Assembly: GCF_902713615.1 (NCBI RefSeq)
Contig: NC_052158.1
Coordinates: forward strand, 12,830,546 to 12,894,545
Direction: 5' to 3'
Length of the DNA stretch: 64,000 nt
Source of the DNA: Scyliorhinus canicula
Taxonomy: Eukaryota
Position 1 is the first letter of the stretch. Every line of letters starts with the position of its first letter. The notes beneath the pieces are model-generated. The model was not told the DNA's origin and did no database searches. It saw only the letters and a program-made list of their open reading frames with translations. Below, piece by piece: positions 13,478 through 26,647 of the stretch. The position numbers and the translations under genes were made by a program.

Positions 13478-13915
13478 AGAGGGAACTTTACTCTGTATCT
13501 AACCCGTGCTGTATCTGTCCTGGGAGTGTTTGATGGGACAGTGTAGAGGCAGCTTTACTCTGCATCTAACCCCATTCTTTACCTGTCCTGAGCATGTTTG
13601 ATTGGACAGTGTAGAGGCAGCTTTACTCTGCATCTAACCCCATTCTTTACCTGTCCTGAGCATGTTTGATGGGGACAGTATAGAGGGAGTTTTACTCTGT
13701 ATCTAACCCCGTGCTGTACCTGTCCTGGGAGTGTTTGATGGGACAGCGTAGAGGGAGCTTTACTCTGTATCTAACCCCATGCTGTACCTGCCCTGGGAGT
13801 ATTTGATGGGACAGTGCAGAGGCAGCTTTACTCTGTATCTAACCTGTGCTGCACCTACCCTGGGAGTGTTTGATGGGACAATGTAGAGGGAGCTTTACTC
13901 TATCTAACCCGTGTG
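13478..13915. repeat. ~65-bp minisatellite (~6-7 copies) in the ZBTB12-like copy 1 intron
   Basis: Repeated GGGAGCTTTACTCTGTATCTAACCCCGTGCTGTACCTGTCCTGGGAGTGTTTGATGGGACAGTGTAGA. Confidence 0.9.
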
Positions 13916-15221
13916 GTCTGAAAGCAGTGATTGATGTAATGCAGCAAACACATCAAGCAATGCACAATGTACACCAAATTCTACAAATAGTAAATGAGAT
14001 CACAATTTTTTAACCAATCAGCTCCCCGGCTCATCTTTTATCGGTGCCCACCACAGTGACCATTAACATTAACCTGAAAGGACAGATGGGCAGTCTGCAA
14101 ATATTTAACTCCTGGTTTCTGCCTGGATAATTAAAATAAACAACTGAGGCACTGGTGGAACTGGGGGTGAGGGTGGGAAGGGATAATCCGGAAAATGAGG
14201 GGCCGCCGGAAATCCACTCAATATGTTTTTAAAAATGTGTTCATGGGATGTTGCCGTCACTGGCTGGGCCAGCAGTTATTGGGCCTTCCCTGAGGGCTTT
14301 TAAGAGTCAACTACATTGTGGTGGAGCTGGAGCCACATGTAGGCCAGACCAGGTAAGGATGACAGATTTCCTTCTCGAAAGGACATGAGTGAACATGATG
14401 GGATTTTACGACAATTGTTTCGCTGTCATTAGACTTTTAATTCCAGAATTTATTTCCCCATCTGCCATGGGAGGATTCGAACCCGTTCCCCACAGTATTA
14501 CCCTGGGTCTCTGGATTACTGATCCAACAACAATACCACTGCCTCCCCATGAGGAGCAACCTTCAGGGCCACTTCTTCTATCGGGGCAAATCATGCCGCC
14601 GCACCCTGGAACTCTACACCAATCGATTTTTAAAAAAACATATATTCAGAGAGAAGTGGCAAATGACCCAGCTGAAGCCTTTCCAGATAAGCCCCCACGC
14701 ACCCCACCCTGCTCACAGACTGCCTGCACCTCACAAATGTGGCACTACTCCTTTAATTAAAGGGACCCGGCATAGGACACTCCTTCACTTGCAATCTTTC
14801 TACACCCCAAAGAACAGCCTTCACAGCTGAGGGATGGCGCTGCCCATTTAAGAAGATGCCAACATTTAACGGGACCCCAGCCCCACCCGCGAAGCTATCA
14901 ACCTAACAGGTTGTTGCCCCTTTAAGACACCAACATTTAAAGGGGCCAACATCCGACTCCCATCTCCATTTTTTTCTTGCAGCCAGCATTGAGTCTGTGG
15001 AGTGGGGAGGGTACTGCGTCTTTAAGATATTTAAAGGACCCAGCATCCAAATTCATTTCACCCCCCACCATAATAAATCGCCTGTCCAAGGGGGAGGGCA
15101 GTGGTCCCTTTAAGAAGGGGTGGATTAAAGGGATGGGCACCTCCCGGAGTTTGGGGGGTGGAGGGGTGAAGTCCGGGATCCCCTCCCACGCCCCCCGATG
15201 CCCACCCGGCCCCGGACTCAC

Positions 15222-15360
15222 CGGGCAGAGCGGGAGCGGCTCCCAATTGCTGCAGTCTCCGGTGGGTGGCCGACCAAGGTTCATGTTTCCCCCCACCACC
15301 GCCGCAAATTCCTGACAACAGACGGGCCGACCAGTAGCAGCTCCGGAGTTTGCAACCAGA
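15222..15360 (-). promoter_or_regulatory. Probable 5' non-coding exon / promoter region of ZBTB12-like copy 1
   Basis: GC/CpG-rich unique sequence ending in a strong minus-strand donor CGG|GTGAGT (GT at 15221-15220). It would splice to the acceptor at 13326. The 5' limit is unknown. Confidence 0.5.
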
Positions 15361-15639
15361 GGGGGCCCAAGAAAAACCTGTTTTAAAAATGTGGAAAATG
15401 TCTGGTACTGGTTCCATACTAGAATGCTACATATGTAAGGTGTACAAAGCCGGTTCAGAACAGTACCTGACATTTCCAAATGTTACTGGATTTTCCGCCC
15501 GCGACCCCAAATCGGACATAACAGTGGAGGGGACGCCCTGACCTCAAAATGAAATGGCCAATCCAACTGCTCAACCCACTCCATGTCAATCACCACAGCC
15601 TCAAACAGGCCCTTCGGCCCACCATGTCTCCTGCTTCTT

Positions 15640-15999
15640 GAGCAGTCCCTCGGGGTTGAAGATGACTTGCTTTTACTGCGCAGAGTTGGGTTCTGCAGTG
15701 ACTGAATAGTCCAATCCTGATCCACAGACTCTGCCACAGGTTTGGCAGGTGGTGTTTGATGGATGGTGGAACGCTCTATATTATGCATTCTCCTTCCACT
15801 GTTTACGCATGGCCTCAGCTGGCTCCACCCTGTGACGTTAAAAGGGATTGATGCATTCATGGAATGCTTCTCCAGTTCTTAGGCAAGGGATTCCCACTTG
15901 GTGATGGGGATGTTGCAATTATTTAGGGAGGCTTTCAGAGTGGCCTTGTAGGGTTCCCTCTGACATCCTCGTGATCGCTCTCCATTGCGGAGCTCAGAG
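15640..15999 (-). mobile_element. RTE-clade LINE 3' fragment
   Basis: Translates to SELRNGERSRGCQREPYKATLKASLNNCNIPITKWESLA, resembling the RTE ORF C-terminus. Confidence 0.7.
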
Positions 16000-16950
16000 T
16001 CCTCCCTCAGTACTGACCCTCTCACAAGGTAGCACTCCCTCAGTGCTGACCCTCTGACAGTGCAGCACTCCCTCAGTACTGACCCTCTGACAATGCAGCA
16101 CTCCTTCAGTACTGACCCTCTGACAATGCAGCACTCCCTCAGTACTGACCCTCTGACAGCGCAGCACTCCCTCAGTACTGACCCTCTGACAATGCAGCAC
16201 TCCCTCAGTACTGACCCTCTGACAAGGCAGCCCTCCCTCAGTACAGACCCTCTGACAGTGCAGCACTCCCTCAGTACTGACCCTCTGACAGTGCAGCCCT
16301 CCCTCAGTACTGACCCTCTGACAAGGTAGCCCTCCCTCAGTACAGACCCTCTGACAGTGCAGCACTCCCTCAGTACTGACCCTCTGACAAGGCAGTCCTC
16401 CCTCAGTACAGACCCTCTGACAGTGCAGCACTCCCTCAGTACTGACCCTCTGACAGTGCAGCACTCCCTCAATACTGACCCTCTGACAGTGCAGCACTCC
16501 CTCAGTACTGACCCTCTGACAGTGCAGCACTCCCTCAGTCCTGACCCTCTAACAGTGCAGCACTCCCTCAGTACTGACCAACAGTGCAGCACTCCCTCAG
16601 TACTGACCCTCTGAAAGTGCAGCCCTCCCTCAGTACTGACACTCCAACAGTGCAGCACTCCCTCAGTACTGATCCTCCGACAGTGCAGCACCCTCAGTAC
16701 TGACCCTCTGACAGTGCAGCACTCCCTCAGTCCTGACCCTCTCACAGTGCAGCACTCCCTCAGTACTGACCCTCCAACAGTGCAGCACTCCCTCAGTACT
16801 GACCCTCTGAAAGTGCAGCCCTCCCTCAGTACTGACACTCCGACAGTGCAGTGCTACTTCAGTACTGACCCTCCAACAGTGCAGCACTCCCTCAGTACTG
16901 ACCCTCTGACAGTTCAGCACTCCCCCAGTCCTGACCTAACAGTACAGCAG
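16000..16950. repeat. 33-bp minisatellite (~28 copies)
   Basis: Unit CAGTACTGACCCTCTGACAGTGCAGCACTCCCT. Confidence 0.95.
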
Positions 16951-16983
16951 TCTCTATCTACTGCATATGTCAGCCTAGAGTAT

Positions 16984-18468
16984 GGCCGGAAATCTCCATT
17001 TGGAAGTCTAATTGTTCCCGTCGAGACTGAATTGCATGTGATCCATGTTTCCATTGGGGGTATTCGGTAGCAAGTCAGGACATGCAAAGAGGCCAGCACT
17101 CTGCCAACAATAATTAAAATCAACTCCTGCCCCAGCGGGTGTTGTAACCGCTGAGGCCGGAATTAGAGCCAAAGAGACTGACGGCTGGCACTTTTTAAGC
17201 GCTCCACTTACCACACACTCACTGCAGCCACAAAGATCTGCCCCCTGAGATCAGGGGTCTGAGAAGGACCCACTGCTCCATGTCTGTGAGAAGAGGAGGG
17301 ACACCCTCTTCCCCAGGGTGGGCCGCAGACTGAAGCCCACCCTCCTGAATGGCATCTGAGGGGTGGTGTTTGAGGCAGTCAGCGCTGCCAGCCTCACCAG
17401 GAGGAGATAGGCCGTGATCCTGAGGTGTGGGGGTCACCGGTGAGGTCTCTGCCCTGAGAGGGGCGGAGAACCAGGGAGGTTTTCAAAGGCCACAGTGCAG
17501 GTGTCTTTGGTTTGGAGTGAGCTCTGCTGGTCCCCTGCTTCCTCTGCAGTGGGGCAGGGCTTCTGAGGAACACCAATAACCGGTGGGCCACTCTCATCCA
17601 CTTGATGACACAGCTGAGGTTTGAGGGTTTCCCGAGGGACAGCCTGGTTCGGCTCCCAGATGACCAGTGGCTCTCTGGACATTTACAGGACACAATGAGC
17701 ACTCAGCAGTCTGGAGGTGGCACCAAAGGAGTGTGTTTAAATCACATTCTGCAGCAATGGAGTTCTGAGCCAAGTCACCCAGGTCCTGAGGTGGACACCC
17801 CGAGTCCACGAGGACCAAGTTGTTCCCTGCTACTGGCCTCGGCCCGCGCAGCCACCTCCTCAAAAACACCGACAATCTTTGAGGCTTTTTCAGAGTTTTT
17901 TTTAGCCTTCCGCCCCCCCTCCGCCAAAGAGGCATGGAGCATCGTGGGGAAGGGGAGGGCGGGGGGGGGGGGGGGGGGGGGGGGGGGTGGAGCATGGAGT
18001 GTCCAAAACCATACATTATATTGAAATCCATACAATTGATGGTTTGCATGGTCTCGCTGGCACGGGACACAAGCTTTCATTTATTTGTTTTTAAAAAAAT
18101 TTTTAATTTAGAGTACGCAATTAATTTTTTCCAATTAAGGGGCAATTTAGCGTGGCCAATCCACCTATCCTGCACATCTTTGGGTTGTGGGGGCGAAACC
18201 CACACAGACACGGGGAGAATATGCAAACTCCACACGGACAGTGACTCAGAGCCGGGATCGAACCTGTGACCTCGGCGCCGTGAGGCAGCAGGGCTAACCC
18301 ACTGCGCCACCGAGCTGCCCTGACACAAGCTTTGATAACGCCAGCGAGGGACTGGAGCACGGTGCCAGAATCGGCTCCGGGTACAAAACAGATTTATTTT
18401 CCATTTCCAGCAATTCTCCACCTGATCACAATTCCAGCTGCCGGCACTCGAGGCGAAGAATTTGGCCC
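16984..18468. mobile_element. Possible non-autonomous DNA transposon (PIF/Harbinger-like termini) with nested SINE
   Basis: Starts GGCCGGAAATCTCC and ends GAAGAATTTGGCCC (imperfect inverted match), similar to the termini at 24558-25135. No clear TSD. Confidence 0.35.
18078..18321 (-). mobile_element. tRNA-derived SINE with 12-bp TSD
   Basis: TSD GACACAAGCTTT at 18066-18077 and 18322-18333. Confidence 0.9.
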
Positions 18469-18494
18469 CATATGTTTCTTGAGATTGATGTCTT

Positions 18495-18722
18495 TTTTTA
18501 AATACATTTAGTGTACCCAATTAATGTTTTCCAATTAAGGGGCAATTTAGCATGGCCAATCCATCTAGCCTGCACATCTTTGTGTTGTGGGGCTGAAACC
18601 CACGCAAACACGGGGAGAACGTGCAAACTCCACACGGGCAGTGACCCAGAGCCGGGATCGAACCTGGGACCTCGGCGCCGTGAGGATGCAGGGCCTAACC
18701 CACTGCACTACCGTGCTGCCCG
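18495..18722 (-). mobile_element. tRNA-derived SINE
   Basis: Reverse-complement SINE head, core and AT-rich tail. Confidence 0.85.
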
Positions 18723-19496
18723 ACTGATGTCTTTCTGACTGAGAAAGGAAATTGCTCCTCCTTACACGTTGATGGATAACATAGGAATAAAGGATGATCA
18801 GGAAGAGAAGATAGGGGATGTTTAGAGAGCATGTGAGGTTGTTACCCGGCCGGTGGTGTAACTGGAGCTGCCGAGAATGGAGAGAGGAAGTGAGGAAAGT
18901 GACAGCTCCTTCTGGGAGGTTGGGGACCCCCGGAGGTCCCACAGTGACCTCGTCCATGAGCAACTCTCTTTCCTTTCCTCTCACCCGTCTCCATGCCGAC
19001 GCTTGAATAGGCTGCATATCTCCAAATCTTTCTCTGCCACTGTGTTCAATGTGGAACAACTCTGCAGAGGTTCTATTGTGCAGGCTCTTCCAGTCAATAG
19101 GTCATGAGTTCTAGGCCATGGTTTGAACTCGTAACCCAGACTGACAATCCAGGGCACTGGGAGATTTGGGAATAGTCAGGAATTCAGGAAGTGTTGTGAT
19201 GACCTTAGAACATAGAACTGTACAGCACAGTACAGGCCCTTCGGCCCACGATGTTGTGCCGAACTAGTCTGAAACTAAGATCAAATCAACAATAAAATAT
19301 TTTCTAAAACAAAGTATCAGATTTCAGCTCAAATACATTCTGATTTCTGAAAAACGAAATGTCGGTACAACATACATTTAGTCCCCGCAACATGGTAAAA
19401 CATCCCAAGGTACTTCGGCCAAACAAAATTCGACAATGAGGCAAGGTGCACTGAGAAACAGCGATGAAGGTTTACTGTATGAAATGGGTAATCATA

Positions 19497-20150
19497 CACA
19501 TAGAACAGTACAGCACAGAACAGGCCCTTAATGTTGTGCCGAGCCATGATCACCCTAGTCAAACCCACGTATCCACCCTATACCCGTAACCCAACAACCC
19601 CCCCTTAACCTTACTTTTATTAGGACACTACGGGCAATTTAGCATGGCCAATCCACCTAACCCGCACATCTTTGGACTGTGGGAGGAAACCGGAGCACCC
19701 GGAGGAAACCCACGCAAACAGGGGGAGGACGTGCAGACTCCACACAGACAGTGACCCAGCCGGGAATCGAACCTGGGACCCTGGAGCTGTGAAGCATTTA
19801 TGCTAACCACCATGCTACCCTAAACACCTGTAAGCATCCTTTGTTCAATGTGCTGCATCTCACCTCACAGCTCCCCAGCGGATCTGAACCATGAGGGGTG
19901 GGTTAAATGGCATTATGGGAGAGGCTGAAGGTGGGCAGCATGGTAGCAGAGTGGTTAGCACAGTTGCTTCACAGCTCCAGTGTCCCAGGTTTAGATTCCC
20001 GACTGGGTCATTGTCTGTGCGGAGTCTGCACGTTCTCCCCGTGTGTGCGTGGGTTTCCTCCGGGTGCTGTGGTTTCCTCCCACAGTCCAAAGATGTGCAG
20101 GCTAGGTGGATTGGCCATGCTAAATTGCCCATAGTGTCCAAAAAGGTTAA
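19497..20150. mobile_element. Two HE1-like SINEs in opposite orientation (19497-19820 minus; 19933-20150 plus)
   Basis: SINE head and core on each strand. Confidence 0.85.
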
Positions 20151-21379
20151 GTGGTACGAACCATTGAGGTGAATAGCACAGGAGGCCATTCGGTCATCAC
20201 TGCCCTGCTGACATTTCTTGATCAAATCTACATCAGTCATCTGACATCAGTCCAAATCTATCTCTCACCTTAACCCGATATCAATTGCAGACTCATTCCA
20301 CAGCCCCGCCTTAGGGCCCTGAATCAATCCCAAACAAATTCCACTGTTTCCCTCTCATCCAATAGCCTCTTGGCCAGGAGAATTCTTTGGCAGGGTTTCC
20401 CGTCCCACCAACTATAGAGTTGATTAGCTGCTGGCAGGTCTTCCATCCCTCTCCCGGGAGGACATCCTGTGTTCGAGAGCTGCCAGCCACGTGATTGTAC
20501 CTGCAGAACCCCAGCCCCTGCAGCGACAGGGACTGCAATGGACAGACGAGGAAGTTCTTGGAGATGACAGAGCCCAAATCCCAGGACTGGACAGAGAGGT
20601 AGGTTGGAGATCCTCCCACCCACTCAAAAAAGTGAGGCTGGGAGGGAAACAGTCCTTGAGTGGCCAGTAAAGGCCACTTAAAGGCCGCAACTGGAGCCTG
20701 GGCAAATGGCCCTTCAGAGGTCCTGTCCGCCCCAGTGTAAATTCACTGTGAGTTTGAGAAGCCCAACAGGAAGCCTGTTCCTTGTTTCAACCCCCCCCCC
20801 CCCCAGCCCTCTTCCCAAAAGCCCACTGAAGGGGGTAAATTCAGGCCTATATAATTCTCCATTGCAAATATTTACCTAATTTTTCTCTGAATCGATGGAA
20901 TGTTCCTCGCTGCAACCACCTTACTCTGCCAATTCCAACAGTCCTCGGCAGGTAGAAATTTCTAGAAATCTCGCTCCACATTGCCACAGTGAGCATTTTT
21001 GCTTGTCATCGTCGGTCTGTCCCTCAATTCAAGGTTGACTTCTCCAGGTCTGGAGTCAAGTTTTTAATGATGAGTTTGAATTGAAGTTCCAAACTGGGCC
21101 TCTGGATTAAGAGTCCAGTGATATTAGTCCACCATCTCCAAACAACACCCTTAAAAAGGACTTCATGAAACACTTTTGAGACATTGCGAAAGGTGCTGAC
21201 AGAAATGCAAATCTTCCTTTTGTTAGACATGCAATAAACCGTGCACTATTCTGCTTGTTGTTATTCTCCTGCTAATTGCTCAATAATTACTTCCTCATTC
21301 TTAAAGCTTTTCACGCTGAGCAGGAGGCTGCTTCTCAGTTACCCTGTGGGAGCGGCAATTTCCCTCGGGGTTCAGTGGA

Positions 21380-22055
21380 ATCGCTACAGCACAGAAGGAG
21401 GCCATTTGGCCCATCGAGTCTACACTGACCCTCTGAAAGAGCACACTATCTAGGCCCAATCACCCACCCTATCCCCATAATCCCACCTAACCTGCACATT
21501 TTTTGATGGTGGGAGGAACCCGGAGCGCCCGGAGGAAACCCAGGCAGACATGGGGAGAACGTGCAAACTCCACAGTCTGAATTGAAGCTCCCTGGTGCTG
21601 TGGGGCAGCAGTGCTAGCCACTGTACCCCGAGCCGCGGAGGTTGCACATTATCACCTGTGTTCAGTGAATATCTAGTAATGTAGTTCCTGGGAGAGCAGT
21701 CTTTTCGTATTGCCCCCCCCCCCTTCCCCAGAGCAACAGAACAACACCCAATATTGGTGGTGAGGAGAACGGAAGCAACAATATAACTGTTGTACATTTT
21801 ATATTTTGGCTCCATGGAGAAATGACACCCCAGCTTACATGTGTGTAGGAACTTTATTTACAGTGCACTAATTTACAGGGCTGGTTTAGCTCACTCAGCT
21901 AAATCGCTGGCTTACCAAGCAGGCTAGCGGCACGGTTCGATTCCCGTACCAGCCTCCCCGGACAGGCGCCGGAATGTGGCGACTAGGGGCTTTTCACAGT
22001 AACTTCATTGAAGCCTACTCGTGACAATAAGCGATTTTCACTCATTTCATTTCAA
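21380..22055. mobile_element. Degenerate HE1-like SINE (21380-21630, minus) and short SINE GGGCTGGTTTAGCTCA...(TTTCA)n (21878-22055, plus)
   Basis: tRNA-like heads with GTTCGATTCC. The second family recurs at 41335-41512 and 47290-47470. Confidence 0.8.
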
Positions 22056-22249
22056 TGTACCCTCGGTGCTTCTGCTCTGGCTTCCAGCTCCTTGTACATT
22101 TCTTTTGTTTTTCTGAGTCCACAGCCAGGCTTAACCAATCAAGCACGGTGAGCACCAATAGTAAACAGACTCACATAATCAAATATGGAAAAAATGAACA
22201 TTGCACTAACTGAGACCAAACTCGCACCCTTCCAACAGGGCTTACCAAC

Positions 22250-22427
22250 TGCAGAGGAGATTTACCAGGATGTTGATTGGGCTGGAGAGTTATAGCTATG
22301 AAGAGGGTTTGGATAGACTGTGGTTGTTTTCTTGGGAACAGAGAGTGAGGGGGAACATGACTGAGATATATAAAATTAGGAGGGGCAAAGAGTAGACAGG
22401 CTTTTCCCCTTGGTGGAGGGGTCAATG

Positions 22428-22459
<32 letters not shown>

Positions 22460-23060
22460 CGTAGATTTGAGGTAAGGGGCAGTAGGTTTAGAGGGGATGT
22501 GAGGAAAAATATTTTCTGCAGGGTGGTGGGAGTCTGGAACTCTGCCTGAAAGGGTGGTGGGAGGCAGAGACCCTCATAACATTTAACATAGGACATACAG
22601 TGCAGAAGGAGGCCATTCGGCCCATCGAGTCTGCACCGACCCACTCAAGTCCTCACTTCCACCCCATCCCCGCAACCCAATAACCCCTCCTAACCTTTTG
22701 GACACTCAGGGCAATTTAGCATGGCCAATTCACCTAACCTGCACGTCTTTGGACTGTGGGAGGAAACAGGAAGACCCAGAGTAAACCCACGCAGACACGG
22801 GGAGAACATGCAGACTCCGCACAGACAGTGACCCAGCGGGGAATCGAACCTGGGACCTGGCGCTGTGAAGCCTCAGTGCTAGTCACTTGTGCTACCGTGC
22901 TGCCCATTTAAGAAGTATTTAGATGAGCACTTGCGATGCCAAGGCATACAAGGCTATTGGCCAAGTGTTGGAAAATTAGATTAGAATACTGAGGTGGTTG
23001 TTTTTGACTGGCACAGACGCAATTGGTAATGCGCCCTTTCTGTGCTGTAGATTTCTATGA
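22250..23060 (+). mobile_element. CR1 3' fragment with nested minus-strand SINE (22585-22905)
   Basis: Degenerate CR1 ORF2 end and TTCTATG tail, split by a full SINE. Confidence 0.7.
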
Positions 23061-23193
23061 CTTTATAACTGACTAATTCCCGAGTGGTCTCTCCAAGATC
23101 AACCAAATTCGATCCGACTGCAAGGGGGAAGTTCGTAGGTCAGTTTTTTAAAATATATTCTTGGGTGCCTCACAGGCAAGGCCGATGTTTATT

Positions 23194-23430
23194 AATAAAA
23201 GCAAATTACTGCGGATGCTGGAATCCTAAACGAAAGAGAACATGCTGGAAAATCTCAGCAGGTCTGGCAGCATCTGTAGGGAGAGAAAAGAGCTAACGTT
23301 TCGAGTCCAGATGACCCTTTGTCAAAGCTAACAGAGAGAGTGGGAAATATTTATTCTGTGGAGTGAGAATGAAAGATGAGCCATAGCCACAGAAACCCAG
23401 GGAAACCGAGTGCTAATAGCCACAGTTTAT
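23194..23430. mobile_element. Penelope-like element fragment
   Basis: ACTGCGGATGCTGGAATC...CAGCAGGTCTGGCAGCATCTG...AACGTTTCGAGTCC...GACCCTTTGTCA, flanked by GGCC(G/A)ATGTTTATT direct repeats. Confidence 0.6.
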
Positions 23431-24557
23431 GGCCAATGTTTATTGTGCACCCCTAATTGTCATTGAGAAGGTGGTGTAAGCCACCTACTTAAATCGCTGC
23501 AGTCCATGTGGTGAGGTTGTGGGAGGGAGTTGTGGTGACGATGAAGTAACAATTATATATTTCCAAGTCAGGATGGTGTGTGGCTTATAGGGGAACCTGT
23601 AGATGGTGTTCCCTTGTGTCTGCTGCCCTTGTCCTTCTCAGAGCTAAAGCTTACGGGCTTGGAAAGTGCTGTCAAAGGAGTCTTGGTAAATTATTGCAGT
23701 GCATCTTCTATATCGCACACACTGCTACCACTTTGCATTGATGGAGGAGGGAGTGAATGTCTAAGGTAGTGGATGGGATGCCAATCAAGCGCGCTGCTTT
23801 GTCCTAGATTGTGTCAAGCTCCTTGAGTATTGTTGGAGCTGTACTCATACAGGAAAGTCACACCCTTAACTTGTGCCTTGTGCGTGATGGACAAGCCTTG
23901 GGGAGTCAGGAGGTTGTTGCAGAATTCCTAGTCTCTGACCTGCCCTTGTCATCACAGTATTTATATAGCTGGTCCATTTTGTTTCTGGTACTCGATAGAC
24001 CAGAATGAGGGGCCATCAACATCTGACAGTCAGTAATAAATCCAACAGGGAATTCAGGAGAAATTTCTTTACCCACAGAGTGGTGAGAATGTGGAACTCG
24101 TTGCAAAAGGCAGTGTTTGAAGTGAATAGAATGGATGGCTGCTTCCATGGGCATGAGGTTACTACTGTGTTAATTAGTAACAAACTGATTTGTGTGTGAA
24201 CAGATCAGTTTGTTTAGACTATTGACAGTCTTTCACACCTCTGTGCATAGAACATAGAACAGTACAGCACAGAACAGGCCCTTCGGCCCTCAATGTTGTG
24301 CCGAGCAATGATCACCCTACTCAAACCCACGTATCCACCCTATACCCGTAACCCAAACAACCCCCCCTTAACCTTGTTTTGGTCTCCCATGGTAAAGGAA
24401 GGATCAATTTGCATTGGAGACAGCACAGTGCAAGTTCACGAGGTTGGTCCCTGGGGTGAGATGCTGAGTAAATTGGGCTTATATTCTCTGGGGTTTTATA
24501 GAATGAAAGGTGGGGCAGAAAATCGGCCTGGGCTGGCGTAAATCCCACCCCCGCCGT

Positions 24558-25135
24558 GGCCGGAATTCTCCGCCACCCGGGAATTGGTGGGGGCGGGAAT
24601 CACGTTGCGCCGATCGGCATGCCCCCCGTGGCGATTCTCCAGCCTGCGATGGGCCGAAGTCCCGCCGCTGACAGGCCAATCCCACCGATATGGTTTCAAC
24701 CACCTCTGGTGGCGGCGGGATTGGCGGTGCGAGCAGGCCCCCGGGGTGATCGGACCCCGGGGGGTGCCCCCACGGTGGCCTGGCCCACGATCGGGGCTCA
24801 CCGATTGGCAGGCAGGCCAGTGCCGTGGGTGGCCTCCACCATGGCAGTGGCGGAAGAGACACCCCCTACCGCGCATGCGCCGGTGGTGACGTCAGTGGCC
24901 GCTGACACACCGGCACATGCGGGAACCGGCGAAGGCCTTTCAGCCAGCCCCGACGCCGGCCGGCGGGCGCCAAAGGCCGTTGGCACCGGTTTTGGCGCCA
25001 GCCACTCCGGCGCGGGCCTAGCCCCCAAAGGTGCGGAGAATTCCGCACCTTTGTGGAGGCCCGACGCCGGAGTGGTTGGCGCCACTCCGCAACGCCGGGA
25101 CCCCCCGCCCCGCCGGGTTGGGAAGAATCCCGGCC
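24558..25135. mobile_element. GC-rich MITE-like element inserted among CR1 fragments
   Basis: Imperfect terminal inverted repeats GGCCGGAATTCTCC / GGAAGAATCCCGGCC; very CpG-rich interior. Confidence 0.55.
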
Positions 25136-26135
25136 GTGATCTCATGTTGGCCTTCATAGCGAGAGGATTTGAGTACAGGAGCAGGGACGTCTTGCTGCAA
25201 TTATACAGGGCCTTGGAAAAGTGTGTGCAGTTTTGGTCTCCTTATCTAAGGAAGGATGTTCTCGCTCTGGAGGGAGTGCAGCGTAGGTTTACCAGACTGA
25301 TTCCTGGGATGACAGGACAGATATACGCGGAAGGATTGAGTCAGTTAGCATTATATTCGCTGGAGTGAGAAGAATGAGGTGGTGGGAGGGGTGGGACTCA
25401 GAAACTTATAAAACACTAACAGGACTAGACCGGGTAGATGCAGGAAGGATTTTCCCGATGGTGGGGGTGTCCAGAACCGGGGGTCACAGTCTGAGGATAC
25501 GGGGTAGACCATTTAGAAAAGAGATGAGGAGAAATTTTGTCACCCAGAGGGTGGTTGGCCTGTGGAATTCATTACAACAGGAAGTAGTTGAGACCAAAAC
25601 AATGTATGTTTTCAAAATGCAGTTGGATATAGCACTTGGGGCGAAGGGGATCAAAGGATGTGGGGGGAAAGTGGGATCAGGCGTTTGAGTTGGATGGTAA
25701 TCCCTGATCAAAATGGATGGCGGAGCAGGCTCGAAGGGCTGAATGGCCTCCACCTGCTCCTATTTGCAATGTACATATGAACCTACAAGATTCTGAGGGG
25801 GCTTTATAGGATGGAGAGGTTGTTATTGCTGGTCGGGGAATCTAAAACACGGGGCCCAGGCTTAGCATAAGGGACAAATCATTTAGGACTGAGGTGAAGA
25901 GAAGTGGTTTCACTCAAAAGGATATGAATCTTTGCAATTCTAAACCCCGAGGGGTTGTGGATGCTCCGTCACTGAACACATGCGAGTCTGGAACAGATAG
26001 ATTTTTGATCCCTCAGGAAATGAAGGGGGCGACCGGGAAAGTGGAGTTGAATTCCATAATCAGCCATGATCATGTTGAATGGTACAGTAGGCTTTGCGGG
26101 CCGAATGGTCTAATCCTGCTCTTCCCTCTTGTTCT
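25136..26135 (+). mobile_element. Two CR1 3' fragments
   Basis: CVQFWSPYLRKDVLALEGVQRRFTRLIPGM and FVTQRVVGLWNSL motifs. Confidence 0.85.
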
Positions 26136-26647
26136 CTGGTGTACTTTCAAAGATATTTAGGCAGTCCAGCGAGAGGCTATATTCGACAAACTTGCCATTC
26201 CGGCTTACAATTCCACCAGGAAAGAATGCTGGAAAAAGTTTTCATTACGGACTTTTGATAAATTAATTCTCGGGATATGGGAGGCCATCAAGGGGGAATT
26301 TGATTGCCCCGAGCAGAACGAGCAGTGGTCACCAATATTTAATAATGTAATGGTGCAGAGGACAGCTCGACTGCTTGGTTGTGGGTCTGGACTCACGTAC
26401 AGGCTCAGAGTCAGGGAAGGATGGCAGACTTCAAGATTTGGGAGTGATTTGAACTGTGAGGAACAGTGATAAGTGCGAGCAATGGTCATCTCCAACAAGA
26501 GAGGATCTAATCATCTCCCCATGACATTCAATGGCATGACCACTGCTGAATCCTCCACGATCAACATCCTGGGGAGTTCCAGTGACCAGAAACTGAATTG
26601 GACTAGCCACATTAATACTGTGGCAACCAGGGCAAGTCAAAGGCTAG

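Noticed and set aside
15879-16838. 319-aa Cys-rich ORF
   Set aside because: Translation of the 33-bp repeat running into an RTE fragment.
18780-19110. Unique-looking segment with short ORFs and a possible minus-strand donor
   Set aside because: No recognisable protein or repeat similarity; a call cannot be supported.
24556-25368. 270-aa ORF and apparent CpG island
   Set aside because: GC-rich MITE read in frame into CR1 sequence.
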